Counted from the first letter of the stretch, positions 1 to 8,369 are shown. The stretch: DNA of 32,000 bases from an archaeon (GCA_024275415.1 JAJRZD010000043.1:90001-122000), one strand, 5' to 3'. The notes: generated by a model from the letters alone, not told the origin. Numbers and translations: made by a program.

Positions 1-871
1 CATATTCGGGCTGAACCAGCAAGTCACCTATATCTTCCTCGACCACGACCGAATCAGATTGAAGCACTGCGGGCCAACCACCTGGTGCGTATGGATAATC
101 ATCGATACTGAGGTTGTATTGCTCCTGCACGATGGGCACGGTGTATGGCCAGACTGATGGCAGGATCTCGTGGTACATAGTATCGTTATTCAGCTTGGTT
201 CTTAGTATCAGCCTGTCGAGGTCTCTTATAGCACCAGATAGTCCCCAAGTCATGTATTTAGCCCAGATGAATGAATTGACCTCTTGCCATGGGTCTGGGG
301 TGTAACCTAACAGCTTGAACTCGATGGGCATATTGGCGCTCGTCATTGAATTGATGAAAGCGTTTACCCCATGGGTCAGTCCTCTATTCGCCTCTAGTGC
401 ATAAGCCACATCCGTGCTGGTGTTCTCATTCTCAAGATACCACTCGAACGTTTCAACAGCTGACTTTCGGAGCCCAACCGACCTGTGAAACATATCGGTG
501 GTGACAGCCCTCTCGCCCACCACCTCACTGATGCGCCCTGCTGCGAGATAGGTCTGCATCACCATCTGGAACAGCCGATCTTTTGCCTGCATGTATCCAA
601 GGCCAGTGAATGCATCAAAGACGGACTCTGCATAGATGTGCGGGATACCCCATTCATCGATGATTATGGTGATCTCGGAATCAATCCCAGGGATGACAAT
701 CCTCTGGTCGGATTGTTGGTCAAGCCCACGTCCCACATCAAATATGCCTCCCACAGGCTGGATGATCCCCAACCCTCCTGAAAGAGGGCCTATAGGCATG
801 GAGAGAAGGACAATCAGGGCAATAGGCCCAACAAGTGATAGTAAGAATTTGGCAGTTGCTGCTCGTTTCAT
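1..871 (-). CDS. Penicillin acylase family (peptidase S45, Ntn-hydrolase) precursor, N-terminal part; runs off the window edge
   Basis: Not in the ORF track because it has no stop inside the window. Manual translation from ATG at 871 is open to base 1: MKRAATAKFLLSLVGPIALIVLLS (signal/anchor)...IIDEWGIPHIYA...LGYMQAKDRLFQM...AAGRISEVVG...PIEFKLLGYTPDPW. These match the typical penicillin acylase alpha-subunit motifs. Confidence 0.9.
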   Translation of the reverse strand, partial: MKRAATAKFLLSLVGPIALIVLLSMPIGPLSGGLGIIQPVGGIFDVGRGLDQQSDQRIVIPGIDSEITIIIDEWGIPHIYAESVFDAFTGLGYMQAKDRLFQMVMQTYLAAGRISEVVGERAVTTDMFHRSVGLRKSAVETFEWYLENENTSTDVAYALEANRGLTHGVNAFINSMTSANMPIEFKLLGYTPDPWQEVNSFIWAKYMTWGLSGAIRDLDRLILRTKLNNDTMYHEILPSVWPYTVPIVQEQYNLSIDDYPYAPGGWPAVLQSDSVVVEEDIGDLLVQPEY

Positions 872-1018
872 CCGAATCACCCAAATGAAGAACTGCCAAA
901 CAGTGTGCTCCGTTCCTCTTAAAGATTCTTAAACTCCCGACCAGCCAGGACATCGGGACTGGTATTCCTGCGTTACCTTTTTGAGCAAACAACGTTTCCT
1001 TTGAGCTCCGTGATTATA

Positions 1019-2065
1019 ATGGTCAAATCAGAAACATTTCGAGGAAGGGACTTCATCACTCTTCTCGACTATTCGAAAGAGGAGATCGAGACCCTGATTG
1101 ACGTAGCGATTGATCTGAAGAAGAAATATGCCCTTCGAGAACCGCACAAGCTGCTGGATGCTCGAACATTGTTCATGATTTTCTACAACCAGTCCCTCCG
1201 AACCCGCAACTCCTTTGAGGCAGGTATGACTCAACTTGGCGGACATGCACACTTCCTAGACCCGAGCAAGATTTATGCTCCAGCTCTGGAAGGCGATGAG
1301 AAAGCCTATTCAACTGAACGCGTTTCAGATGTGGCTCGTGTTCTTGCGAGAATGGGTGATGGGATTGCCATTAGATGCTATGGTGACCCTGTAGGATGGG
1401 TTTATGGACGTGCTAATGAGATTATCAACAACTTTGCACACTGGTCACATATCCCAGTCATCAATATGGAAGATGACAAGTATCATCCTTGTCAGGCACT
1501 CGCCGATATAATGACAGTCAAAGAGAAGTTCGGCAAGTTCAAGGATGTCAAATTCGTCATGAGCTGGGCATACAGCCCCTCGGTTCACAAACCCTTGGCC
1601 GTCCCACAAAGTGCAATCATCGCAGCGACCAAGATGGGATGTGAAACAGTATTAGCGCATCCGAAAGGCATGGAGCTAGATGATGAAGTCATCAAAGCAT
1701 GCAAGGGCTTTGCTGAGGAGAACGAATCAAGCTTCGAGATCGTCTATGACATGGATGAGGCATTTGAAGGTGCTCATATTGTCTATCCAAAGGCATGGAC
1801 ATGCAGGGACTTCATCCCTCCGTGGAACGACAAACCAGAGCTTGAGAAGTCACAGGAGATTTTCGACAAGAACAAGCACTGGATCTGTGATGACGACAAG
1901 ATGAAGATTGCAGGTTCGAAGGCGATGTACATGCACTGCTTGCCTTGTGACCGCGGGTTCGAAGTGACCAACTCGGTCATTGATGGTCCTCAGTCAATCG
2001 CATTTGATCAGGCTGAAAACCGGATGCACGCTCAGAAGGCAGTAATGGCTTTGACCATGAGATGA
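1019..2065 (+). CDS. Knotted-type carbamoyltransferase (N-acetylornithine carbamoyltransferase/YgeW-like), substrate unknown
   Basis: Motifs SLRTR, HPCQ, HCLP and QAENRMH of the ATCase/OTCase superfamily. No OTC DxxxSMG motif; it has YPKAW instead. SWAYSPSVHKPLAVPQ resembles YgeW TWAYSPSYGKPLSVPQ. Start moved from the TTG at 1001 to the ATG at 1019. Confidence 0.88.
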   Translation: MVKSETFRGRDFITLLDYSKEEIETLIDVAIDLKKKYALREPHKLLDARTLFMIFYNQSLRTRNSFEAGMTQLGGHAHFLDPSKIYAPALEGDEKAYSTERVSDVARVLARMGDGIAIRCYGDPVGWVYGRANEIINNFAHWSHIPVINMEDDKYHPCQALADIMTVKEKFGKFKDVKFVMSWAYSPSVHKPLAVPQSAIIAATKMGCETVLAHPKGMELDDEVIKACKGFAEENESSFEIVYDMDEAFEGAHIVYPKAWTCRDFIPPWNDKPELEKSQEIFDKNKHWICDDDKMKIAGSKAMYMHCLPCDRGFEVTNSVIDGPQSIAFDQAENRMHAQKAVMALTMR

Positions 2066-2073
2066 GATTACGT

Positions 2074-2109
2074 TGGTAGGACTTCAGTTCTACCATCCAC
2101 TTTTTCTTC
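2074..2109 (+). terminator. Hairpin plus T-tract terminator
   Basis: TGGTAGGAC-ttca-GTTCTACCA (2074-2095, one G-U pair), followed by TTTTTCTTC at 2101-2109, just after the stop at 2065. Confidence 0.7.
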
Positions 2110-2183
2110 AAAAACAAAATGATGTCTTAAGCCATGAGAATAATACTTGACAATGGCACAATCGGTTATGAACAAATATCGAT

Positions 2184-2210
2184 TGGTGCTATACGACTCG
2201 AGTAGCACCA
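2184..2210 (-). terminator. Hairpin downstream of the small GTPase (candidate terminator or stability hairpin)
   Basis: TGGTGCTA (2184-2191) / TAGCACCA (2203-2210), an 8-bp perfect inverted repeat about 25 nt after the GTPase stop. Only a weak T-tract follows. Confidence 0.45.
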
Positions 2211-2234
2211 TTAAATCTGCTAAGGAACGAAATC

Positions 2235-2879
2235 TTATTGACGTTGGTCCATGATTTGCTCTATGGCTGCCATTAGATTTATGACACCATCACCACTCAC
2301 TAATGATATCTCATGGTATTCGCTGAACTCAGGATAGCTTTTTACAAAGTCCTCCCCATTCAATCGTTCCACGCATCTCGTCAGGTCATTCTTGTTACCT
2401 ACAAGGATGCAAGAAGGAATGTTACTGTCCCACCCGTCGAAAATGGTTCTAATCTCGTTATACCAGTTCACAAGCGAAAGGAAGGAATCAAAGTTGTCAA
2501 GTGTGAAAAAGAAAAGGATGATATCTGCACCTCTGAGTGCTGTCACTGGGATATGATCCAACGGATGTACGCCATCGAATCTCTGCCCAGCTAGGTCTAT
2601 GATCTGTACCACGTTATCTGCGATCTTTGTCGAGCCAAAGTCCATATACGGTGTTCGTCTGAGGTTGTCATGGCATGTCCGGAGATTTCCAGTGGAAAGG
2701 AATCTCATGAATGTAGTCTTTCCGGTTGCACCATCTCCGACAATGCATATTTTGAAGAACTTCCTTTTAGCCTTTATCCGAGCAAGAAAATCGTTATGCG
2801 ATTTATCCACTGTCCACCAATCCTTTTGTCTATGCGTCAGTTCTCGTACCTGTTCCAAAGATGGAAGTTGTTTTATCAA
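2235..2879 (-). CDS. Ras/Rab-like small GTPase (eukaryotic signature protein) with an N-terminal extension of about 40 aa
   Basis: G1 GDGATGKTT, G2 Thr in RTPYMDF, G3 DLAGQ, G4 NKND, G5-like EISL. No C-terminal CAAX/CC motif. TTG start. Confidence 0.92.
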   Translation of the reverse strand: MIKQLPSLEQVRELTHRQKDWWTVDKSHNDFLARIKAKRKFFKICIVGDGATGKTTFMRFLSTGNLRTCHDNLRRTPYMDFGSTKIADNVVQIIDLAGQRFDGVHPLDHIPVTALRGADIILFFFTLDNFDSFLSLVNWYNEIRTIFDGWDSNIPSCILVGNKNDLTRCVERLNGEDFVKSYPEFSEYHEISLVSGDGVINLMAAIEQIMDQRQ

Positions 2880-3143
2880 ACGGGTTGTGAGGACAACGAA
2901 CTCCCCACGTTTGACTCAAACCCGTACTAGTTGGAATTCACATGTATGGCCTGAGTTTGGTGTTAATTCCTATTTGTCCACCGGTCTAATAAATGGTGCT
3001 TGTGCGGATAGTTCCACCGCAAGCTTGATGAACCCTCAAAGAGGAACAAAGTGCCTTTTTTCTAACTCACTAGTTTATCCGAATGTCCGTGTTTGTCCGA
3101 TAGGTCTAAAACAATGTCATACTATGAGTTGTAGCTGATTAAA

Positions 3144-4175
3144 ATGGTCGATTTACACGGTCGTGATTTACTTTGCACCCAGGATTGGAGCATCGAGGAA
3201 CTAGAAAAGACACTCGATTTGGCATTCGAGATGAAGGCTAATCGTTACGACCATCCTCTCAACAACTGTCTGGATCGTCGTACTTTCTTCATGTTCTTTT
3301 ACAATCCCTCAGTACGTACTCGTCAATCCTTTGAAGCAGCAGCCACTGAGCTTGGTGGGCACGCTCAGTTCCTTGAGCCAAAAAGTATGCGTCTCAAGAG
3401 TGCTAAGACAGCAGGCGAAACCATTGAGGACGCGGCACATGTCATGAGCCGGTATGCGGTCGGCATCGGGATTCGCATCCTAGAAACAGCGCTAGAGCAT
3501 TACGGGCAGGGACACGAGCTGCTCCAAGAGTATGCCCAGTACGCCAGCGTCCCAATCATCTCGATGGCGCATGACAAGTACCACCCCTGTCAGGGTCTTG
3601 CTGATGTAATGGGCTACAGGATGCATGGCGGCAAGAACCTGAAAGGGAAGAAATTCCTACAGGTCTGGGGCAAGGGAGCGCTTGTCCGGTCGTGGTGCTC
3701 TGTTCAGGAAAGCATTCTGATCAATACTCGTTTCGGCATGGATGTGACACTGGCTCATCCCCCAGGCTATGACCTCGACCCGGAAGTCATTAAGATGTGC
3801 GAGGAGAATGCTGCTGCATCCGGCGGGAATTTTGAGATAGTCCATGACTTGGAAGAGGGCTATGATGGCGCAGATTTTGTCTATTCCAGAAACTGGATGA
3901 CATCAGGCTTCTATGGTGAGATGCAGAAGAATGGCGTAGACGCTGCCAAAAAGAAAGAGATTGAACTAGCTGCAAAGTATGACGATTGGATAACAACGAA
4001 AGACTGGATGTCCAAGACGAATGATGCCTTCTTCACCCATTGCGGACCTGTCGATAGGAACGCAGAGGTCACAGATGAAGTGTGTAGTGGTTCTAAGTCG
4101 ATCGTTTATGACGTTGCTGAGAATCGACTCCATGTCCAGAAAGCAATCATGGCATTGACCATGGGCAAGAAATAG
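3144..4175 (+). CDS. Second knotted-type carbamoyltransferase paralog, substrate unknown
   Basis: SVRTR, HPCQ and AENRLHVQKAIM are present. TRFGMDVTLAHPPGYDL closely matches YgeW. HCGP replaces HCLP, YSRNW replaces the K-S/A-W motif, and DxxxSMG is absent. Confidence 0.88.
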   Translation: MVDLHGRDLLCTQDWSIEELEKTLDLAFEMKANRYDHPLNNCLDRRTFFMFFYNPSVRTRQSFEAAATELGGHAQFLEPKSMRLKSAKTAGETIEDAAHVMSRYAVGIGIRILETALEHYGQGHELLQEYAQYASVPIISMAHDKYHPCQGLADVMGYRMHGGKNLKGKKFLQVWGKGALVRSWCSVQESILINTRFGMDVTLAHPPGYDLDPEVIKMCEENAAASGGNFEIVHDLEEGYDGADFVYSRNWMTSGFYGEMQKNGVDAAKKKEIELAAKYDDWITTKDWMSKTNDAFFTHCGPVDRNAEVTDEVCSGSKSIVYDVAENRLHVQKAIMALTMGKK

Positions 4176-4177
4176 GC

Positions 4178-4218
4178 GTGGATGATAGGGGCATCCACAG
4201 CCCCTTCTTTTTTGTTTT
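4178..4218. terminator. Terminator between convergent genes, with two overlapping alternative stems
   Basis: GTGGATG (4178-4184) / CATCCAC (4192-4198) or GGGGC (4188-4192) / GCCCC (4200-4204), followed by TTCTTTTTTGTTTT. Confidence 0.65.
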
Positions 4219-4238
4219 GACCAATCTCGCTCTATTGG

Positions 4239-4526
4239 CTACCAACCGCCTTCGGTGGTTTCAAACATACTCAATGCCAGATAGAGAATCACACCGACTA
4301 TTATGAGTGTGACCGCGAAGCTAGCAAGGAATGCTTGTGCAGCCGTGGGTTCGCCGAAGAGAGTTTCTGCAAAGGATTTCCAGTCCCCACCCGCAACCAA
4401 GGTTCCCACGATATCTAATATGAATGGAGTAAGAATTACCACTGCAATAATCAGGAGGAAGTAGACACCTCGACGAAACCAAGTTGTCCTTCGTGGATAT
4501 TCTGGGATACTCTTTTCGCGTTTCAT
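4239..4526 (-). CDS. Small 2-TM membrane protein, homologous to the C-terminus of the upstream gene
   Basis: Two hydrophobic helices. AAGGAG lies about 7 nt before the ATG at 4526 (the track start at 4634 overlaps the neighbour). Shares the pattern PFIL.IV..L..G..W...EPT...F.VTL...Y..L..F...E..W* with 4600-5502. Confidence 0.75.
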   Translation of the reverse strand: MKREKSIPEYPRRTTWFRRGVYFLLIIAVVILTPFILDIVGTLVAGGDWKSFAETLFGEPTAAQAFLASFAVTLIIVGVILYLALSMFETTEGGW

Positions 4527-4599
4527 CAGCATTCTCCTTACAAAGGATGACGGATTTGTGTGCCTTATCATTATTACGAATTGAGTAAATCTCGCATGG

Positions 4600-5502
4600 C
4601 TACCACTGATCCTCAGAGGCTCCGAATGCATCAAGCATGAAATACATTATGAACGAAAACATCACAAGAGTCACAAAGAAACCACCCACAAGGATCCGTC
4701 CAGTGGGTTCGCTCCAGTAAAATCCAGAGCCGGATGCTTTAGACCATGACGGCCCACCCATTAGAACACTCACGATTGATAAAATGAAGGGCACACTCAC
4801 GAAGATCAGGAGTGCCAATGAGATGTAACCTACTTTACGTAACAATATACCTCGGCTTATGGAAATCTGTTCTATCGGCTGCTCTTTACTATCCATGGTT
4901 CTCTTTGGTTTCACATTGCCTCTTGTCAATTTCCAATCGTGAAGCCGATTGAATTTCGCTCTCCAGAACCAGATAAAGCCGCTCCAACTGATATCCTTCT
5001 CCCGTGAGAGCAATGAATCTAAAAGAAAGAATGAGAGCAACATTGACATGATTCCCCAGAATATGGATTGAGAAACCCCGTAATACATGAAGATGCTATG
5101 GAACAACAGTCCCACACGAAATCCCACAAGAGCTGCAATCCATTGCATCCCTTTTCCAAAAGTGTTTCCTCTTGTATGGAGATAGTAAGACCCGATAATC
5201 ATCGCAAAGACTGAGAATGAAACCGTATTTACAGCAAGCCAGACTATCCACCAATCACTAGTCAATGCTAATCGAACCATAGGATTGTATTCGAGTTCCA
5301 CTCCGTATTTCTGGGACAGATGAATAGTGAATAGCGCATCCATCAAGCCCAAAGGTGAGAGTGATATGACTAACGCTCTAACCCACCTCTCGCTCCACCA
5401 AGCAGAGAATAGCTCTTTGACAGACATGCTCGACAGACTTGTCCTATTATGCAAGCTACTCATTTCTAAGACACTATCCAACAGACAGTCACTAGGCGTC
5501 AT
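4600..5502 (-). CDS. Multi-pass membrane protein; N-terminal DUF5658-like segment plus C-terminal 2-TM module
   Basis: About 6 hydrophobic helices. MDALFTIHLSQKYGVELEYNPMV matches the D..xT...G..E.NP pattern as I recall it for DUF5658. Start uncertain: 5502 (just downstream of TATATATA at about 5520-5528), 5427, or the track's 5559. Confidence 0.75.
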   Translation of the reverse strand: MTPSDCLLDSVLEMSSLHNRTSLSSMSVKELFSAWWSERWVRALVISLSPLGLMDALFTIHLSQKYGVELEYNPMVRLALTSDWWIVWLAVNTVSFSVFAMIIGSYYLHTRGNTFGKGMQWIAALVGFRVGLLFHSIFMYYGVSQSIFWGIMSMLLSFFLLDSLLSREKDISWSGFIWFWRAKFNRLHDWKLTRGNVKPKRTMDSKEQPIEQISISRGILLRKVGYISLALLIFVSVPFILSIVSVLMGGPSWSKASGSGFYWSEPTGRILVGGFFVTLVMFSFIMYFMLDAFGASEDQW

Positions 5503-5649
5503 ATGTTGCCCTATAGACCTTATATATGTAATAGCAGGTATTCGCCAAGATAAGGTCATGGGTTGTTAACAGCTGTGAGAGAGATGGACAAAGCCAGCCA
5601 GATTGTCCAGATTACAGTGAACGGTGACCTACAACTACTGATAACATAC

Positions 5650-5665
5650 GGAGTTGTACAACTCC
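5650..5665. promoter_or_regulatory. Perfect 16-bp palindrome GGAGTTGTACAACTCC (candidate operator)
   Basis: Seen directly in the sequence. It lies in the intergenic stretch between the oppA terminator and the membrane-protein promoter. Function is inferred. Confidence 0.35.
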
Positions 5666-5830
5666 TAGACAATTATCTGAAAAGGACTCCAGTACTTGAT
5701 TGATATGGAAGAAAGAAACAATACCAGCAGGCTGTTGGATACACCTTTTGAACCTTGTAAGATCCATTTCATCGTCATCCCACGATAATGTTCTTTGGTA
5801 GATGATTTCGTGATAGCAATGCCAAACTGC

Positions 5831-5868
5831 AAAAAAAGAAAAGTGTGCAGAGAGGTGAACTCTCTGCA
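5831..5868 (-). terminator. Intrinsic-type terminator of oppA
   Basis: TGCAGAGAG-gtgaa-CTCTCTGCA, a 9-bp perfect stem (5846-5868), followed on the minus strand by CACTTTTCTTTTTTT. It begins 10 nt after the oppA stop. Confidence 0.8.
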
Positions 5869-5878
5869 TCAGAAGAAA

Positions 5879-7753
5879 CTATGTTTCTGGTACTAGCCGA
5901 TACATGTGATAGAAGTATGCACCATGCATCGGATTCGCGTTGTACTGGATGTTGAAGATGTCAGCCCTACTGACAGTGAGCGTGGTGCCCTGCCAGACCC
6001 AGATGTATGCAGCGTGGTCGATGATGGCATCTTGTATCTTTCCATAAAGGCTGATACGCTCATTATCGTCCTGACTCTTTGCTGCTTGGCTAATCCAACC
6101 ATCTACCAATGTTGCATTCCATCCCTCTGTGCCGTTGAGGCGAGCCCAGTAAGCGTAGGTTCCAGTGCTCTTGACATAGGGACCAACATAGTTGTCAGGA
6201 TCTGCGTAGTCTGGTGCCCAGCCAATCATCCAAGCTCCAACCTTCCCATCAATCGCAGCATGGATGTAGGTTGACCACTCTAACCCTTGCACGTTAATGG
6301 TAAGGGTTTCAGCTGGTTTTACTGCATCATCTCGTGCAAGCATTGCTGTGAGCCCATCCTTGAGCAGCAGCATCGCATTCTCTCTAGCACTATTACCACT
6401 GTTGTAGTACAGATTAATAGTGTAAGATGCATTCTTGAGAATGTCATCAAGTCCATCATTGTTCATGGCATCATTCCAGTATTCTACAGCTTTCGTCAAG
6501 TTATATGGATAGACGAACGCACTATCATTATGACCAAACATTCCTTTCGGAACTGGGCCTTGACCTTGCTCACCAAAGCCGTTAAGGATGTTATCGATGG
6601 CTGTCTGATAGTCGAAGGCATAACTGAATGCCTTTCGGACGTTCTTCAACCTGAAAGGATTCTCTATTGGTCTGGCCAGTAGAGTGTCGTTGATAGTGTC
6701 GCTCATGGTGAAGTGAATCGAAGCTATTGTGAAGCTAGGATACTTCGCCCAGACCTTGATGTTGGGATCAAGACTTTGAACAGTACCATCGTTCGAAGCG
6801 AATGCTGGTGGTGAAACGTTGTTATAGATTTGGAATGCATGAGTTGTAGGCCAATAAACGGAGTCTGCGGCTCCAGTTTGGAGGTTGAGGATCCGACTGT
6901 TTGCATCTTCGTTTGTCTTGATGATGATGGTTTCAAAATAGCCTGCATTCGGGAATTTCGTTTTTGCGTCATCTTCTCTCCAGTAGTTTGGATTCTTTGT
7001 GAGAACGACTCGCTGATCCAAGACCCATTCAGTGAGCATGTAGGGTCCGGTTCCGCTTGTGTGCTTGTCAATGTACTCGTTGTGAGCACCAACCGTGATA
7101 CCGCCATTATTCTCGACGAAAGTCGGACTAATCATAGCAGCTACCTCATAGGTTATGGCTGCTAGGAAAGGCGAGTATGGGTAAGCAAGTCTGATACGAA
7201 CAGTGTAGTCATCAAGAACAATGACTGCACCTTTACCAGCACGGTTGTCAGCCACCCACTGTTCCCAAAGCTGCTTATGGAGTGCAGTATCCTCGCTGTA
7301 TACGGCATCCTCGATTGCCTGTCCGCCTAAGATAGGTTCTGCGACCATCCAGACGGGACCGCTCGGGTCGAAGGTGCCTAGCATCCTCTCGAAGTTATAT
7401 TGAACCGCCGACGCGTTAAAGGGCGTTCCGTCGTGGAATTTAATCCCTTGACGCAGTGTAAACGTATAATTCAGCCCATCACTTGAAATCTCAAGGCTTT
7501 TCGCCAGCAACGGTACTGTCGGGTCTGTGTCGAGAGAGTCCCACTCGTACGTGTATAGTGTTTCATAGACATTGTAGTGGATCCAAGAGCCGTATGACTC
7601 GTAGTTGTTATGAGGATCCATGTAGTCTGGATTGCCGATGGTTTCCCAGACAAGGGTAGTCGTTCTGGGCATCGAACCTATATAGACATAGGCTCCAACG
7701 GATGCGACAATCGCGACAATAACCACAATCGCTATGATTTGGTTTCTCTGCAT
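5879..7753 (-). CDS. oppA: Peptide ABC transporter substrate-binding protein (SBP family 5), N-terminal membrane anchor
   Basis: Motifs DPH...NVYETLY, PLLAKS.EIS.DGLNYTFTLRQGIKFHDGTPFNA.AV, GTGPYML, NVRKAFSYAFD and WAPDYADPDNY. AGGAGG precedes the ATG at 7753 (track start 7807). Confidence 0.93.
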   Translation of the reverse strand: MQRNQIIAIVVIVAIVASVGAYVYIGSMPRTTTLVWETIGNPDYMDPHNNYESYGSWIHYNVYETLYTYEWDSLDTDPTVPLLAKSLEISSDGLNYTFTLRQGIKFHDGTPFNASAVQYNFERMLGTFDPSGPVWMVAEPILGGQAIEDAVYSEDTALHKQLWEQWVADNRAGKGAVIVLDDYTVRIRLAYPYSPFLAAITYEVAAMISPTFVENNGGITVGAHNEYIDKHTSGTGPYMLTEWVLDQRVVLTKNPNYWREDDAKTKFPNAGYFETIIIKTNEDANSRILNLQTGAADSVYWPTTHAFQIYNNVSPPAFASNDGTVQSLDPNIKVWAKYPSFTIASIHFTMSDTINDTLLARPIENPFRLKNVRKAFSYAFDYQTAIDNILNGFGEQGQGPVPKGMFGHNDSAFVYPYNLTKAVEYWNDAMNNDGLDDILKNASYTINLYYNSGNSARENAMLLLKDGLTAMLARDDAVKPAETLTINVQGLEWSTYIHAAIDGKVGAWMIGWAPDYADPDNYVGPYVKSTGTYAYWARLNGTEGWNATLVDGWISQAAKSQDDNERISLYGKIQDAIIDHAAYIWVWQGTTLTVSRADIFNIQYNANPMHGAYFYHMYRLVPET

Positions 7754-8274
7754 ATTGTTCCTCCTTCTGTCATTTCCTAGATACCCAAGCAAGATATGCT
7801 CAGGCAACTACGGTTCGCGAATAGCGAATTAATTAGGGGAGTACAAAGGATTCTAATATACATTGTGCCAAGCGTAATTGTACTGGTCATCGTTGTGCTT
7901 TGAGATATTTTTCTACAAAATAGAGGATCTTCACGGGCTGACTAGGAAAATCTGACAATGAACATCTGAGAAACAAATCACATTCAGAAACCAAACAAAG
8001 AAGTAGAAAAAAAATGGGTTCCAAACAGCTGCGCTAGACTTGCCCAAACGTGGGCATCCCTTAGACGGACACTTGAAGTGATTTATAGGACTTCATAGAT
8101 TCGACCACTCCCACAGGAGTATGATGTCGGACATGACACGCAAACGACCTCGTAGAGTCCACCCAGTGCCGCTCGTGGGAGTACAACACTCCTGTGCCAC
8201 CAAGGTTGTCCAACCAAAAATGAACATCTAGACTGTAGTGTATGTTCAGAACAGTACACTGCATGATACTGAAT

Positions 8275-8292
8275 CCGAAGCCTTAATATATA
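8275..8292 (+). promoter_or_regulatory. Archaeal BRE-TATA promoter for oppBCDF
   Basis: CCGAAGCC-TTAATATATA, about 80 nt upstream of the oppB ATG (8370). Confidence 0.55.
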
Positions 8293-8369
8293 TCACAAAA
8301 TCAACTCCTCGCCAATGGCAACCCAAAATTAGGGTATTGTCAGATTTTGTACCTGATGGAGATACGAAG

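Noticed and set aside
114-992. Track ORFs 114-305, 485-781, 636-932 and 738-992
   Set aside because: They are shadows of the minus-strand penicillin acylase frame (871 to 1), which carries the recognisable motifs.
2313-3138. Plus-strand ORFs 2313-2594, 2599-3138 and 2670-2930
   Set aside because: They are antisense to the GTPase and show no family motifs.
1019-4175. Calling either carbamoyltransferase argF or pyrB
   Set aside because: Both lack the OTC DxxxSMG motif and the ATCase-specific motifs (such as HPLP). The loops match the AOTCase/YgeW subfamily.
5586-5869. ORF 5612-5869 (-) and a 39-codon plus-strand ORF starting near 5585
   Set aside because: The minus ORF starts inside the oppA terminator hairpin. 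Neither has homology cues. I cannot support either as a gene.
8061-8264. 67-aa minus-strand ORF in the oppA-oppB gap
   Set aside because: No RBS or recognisable motif. The region is reported instead as a possible structured RNA.
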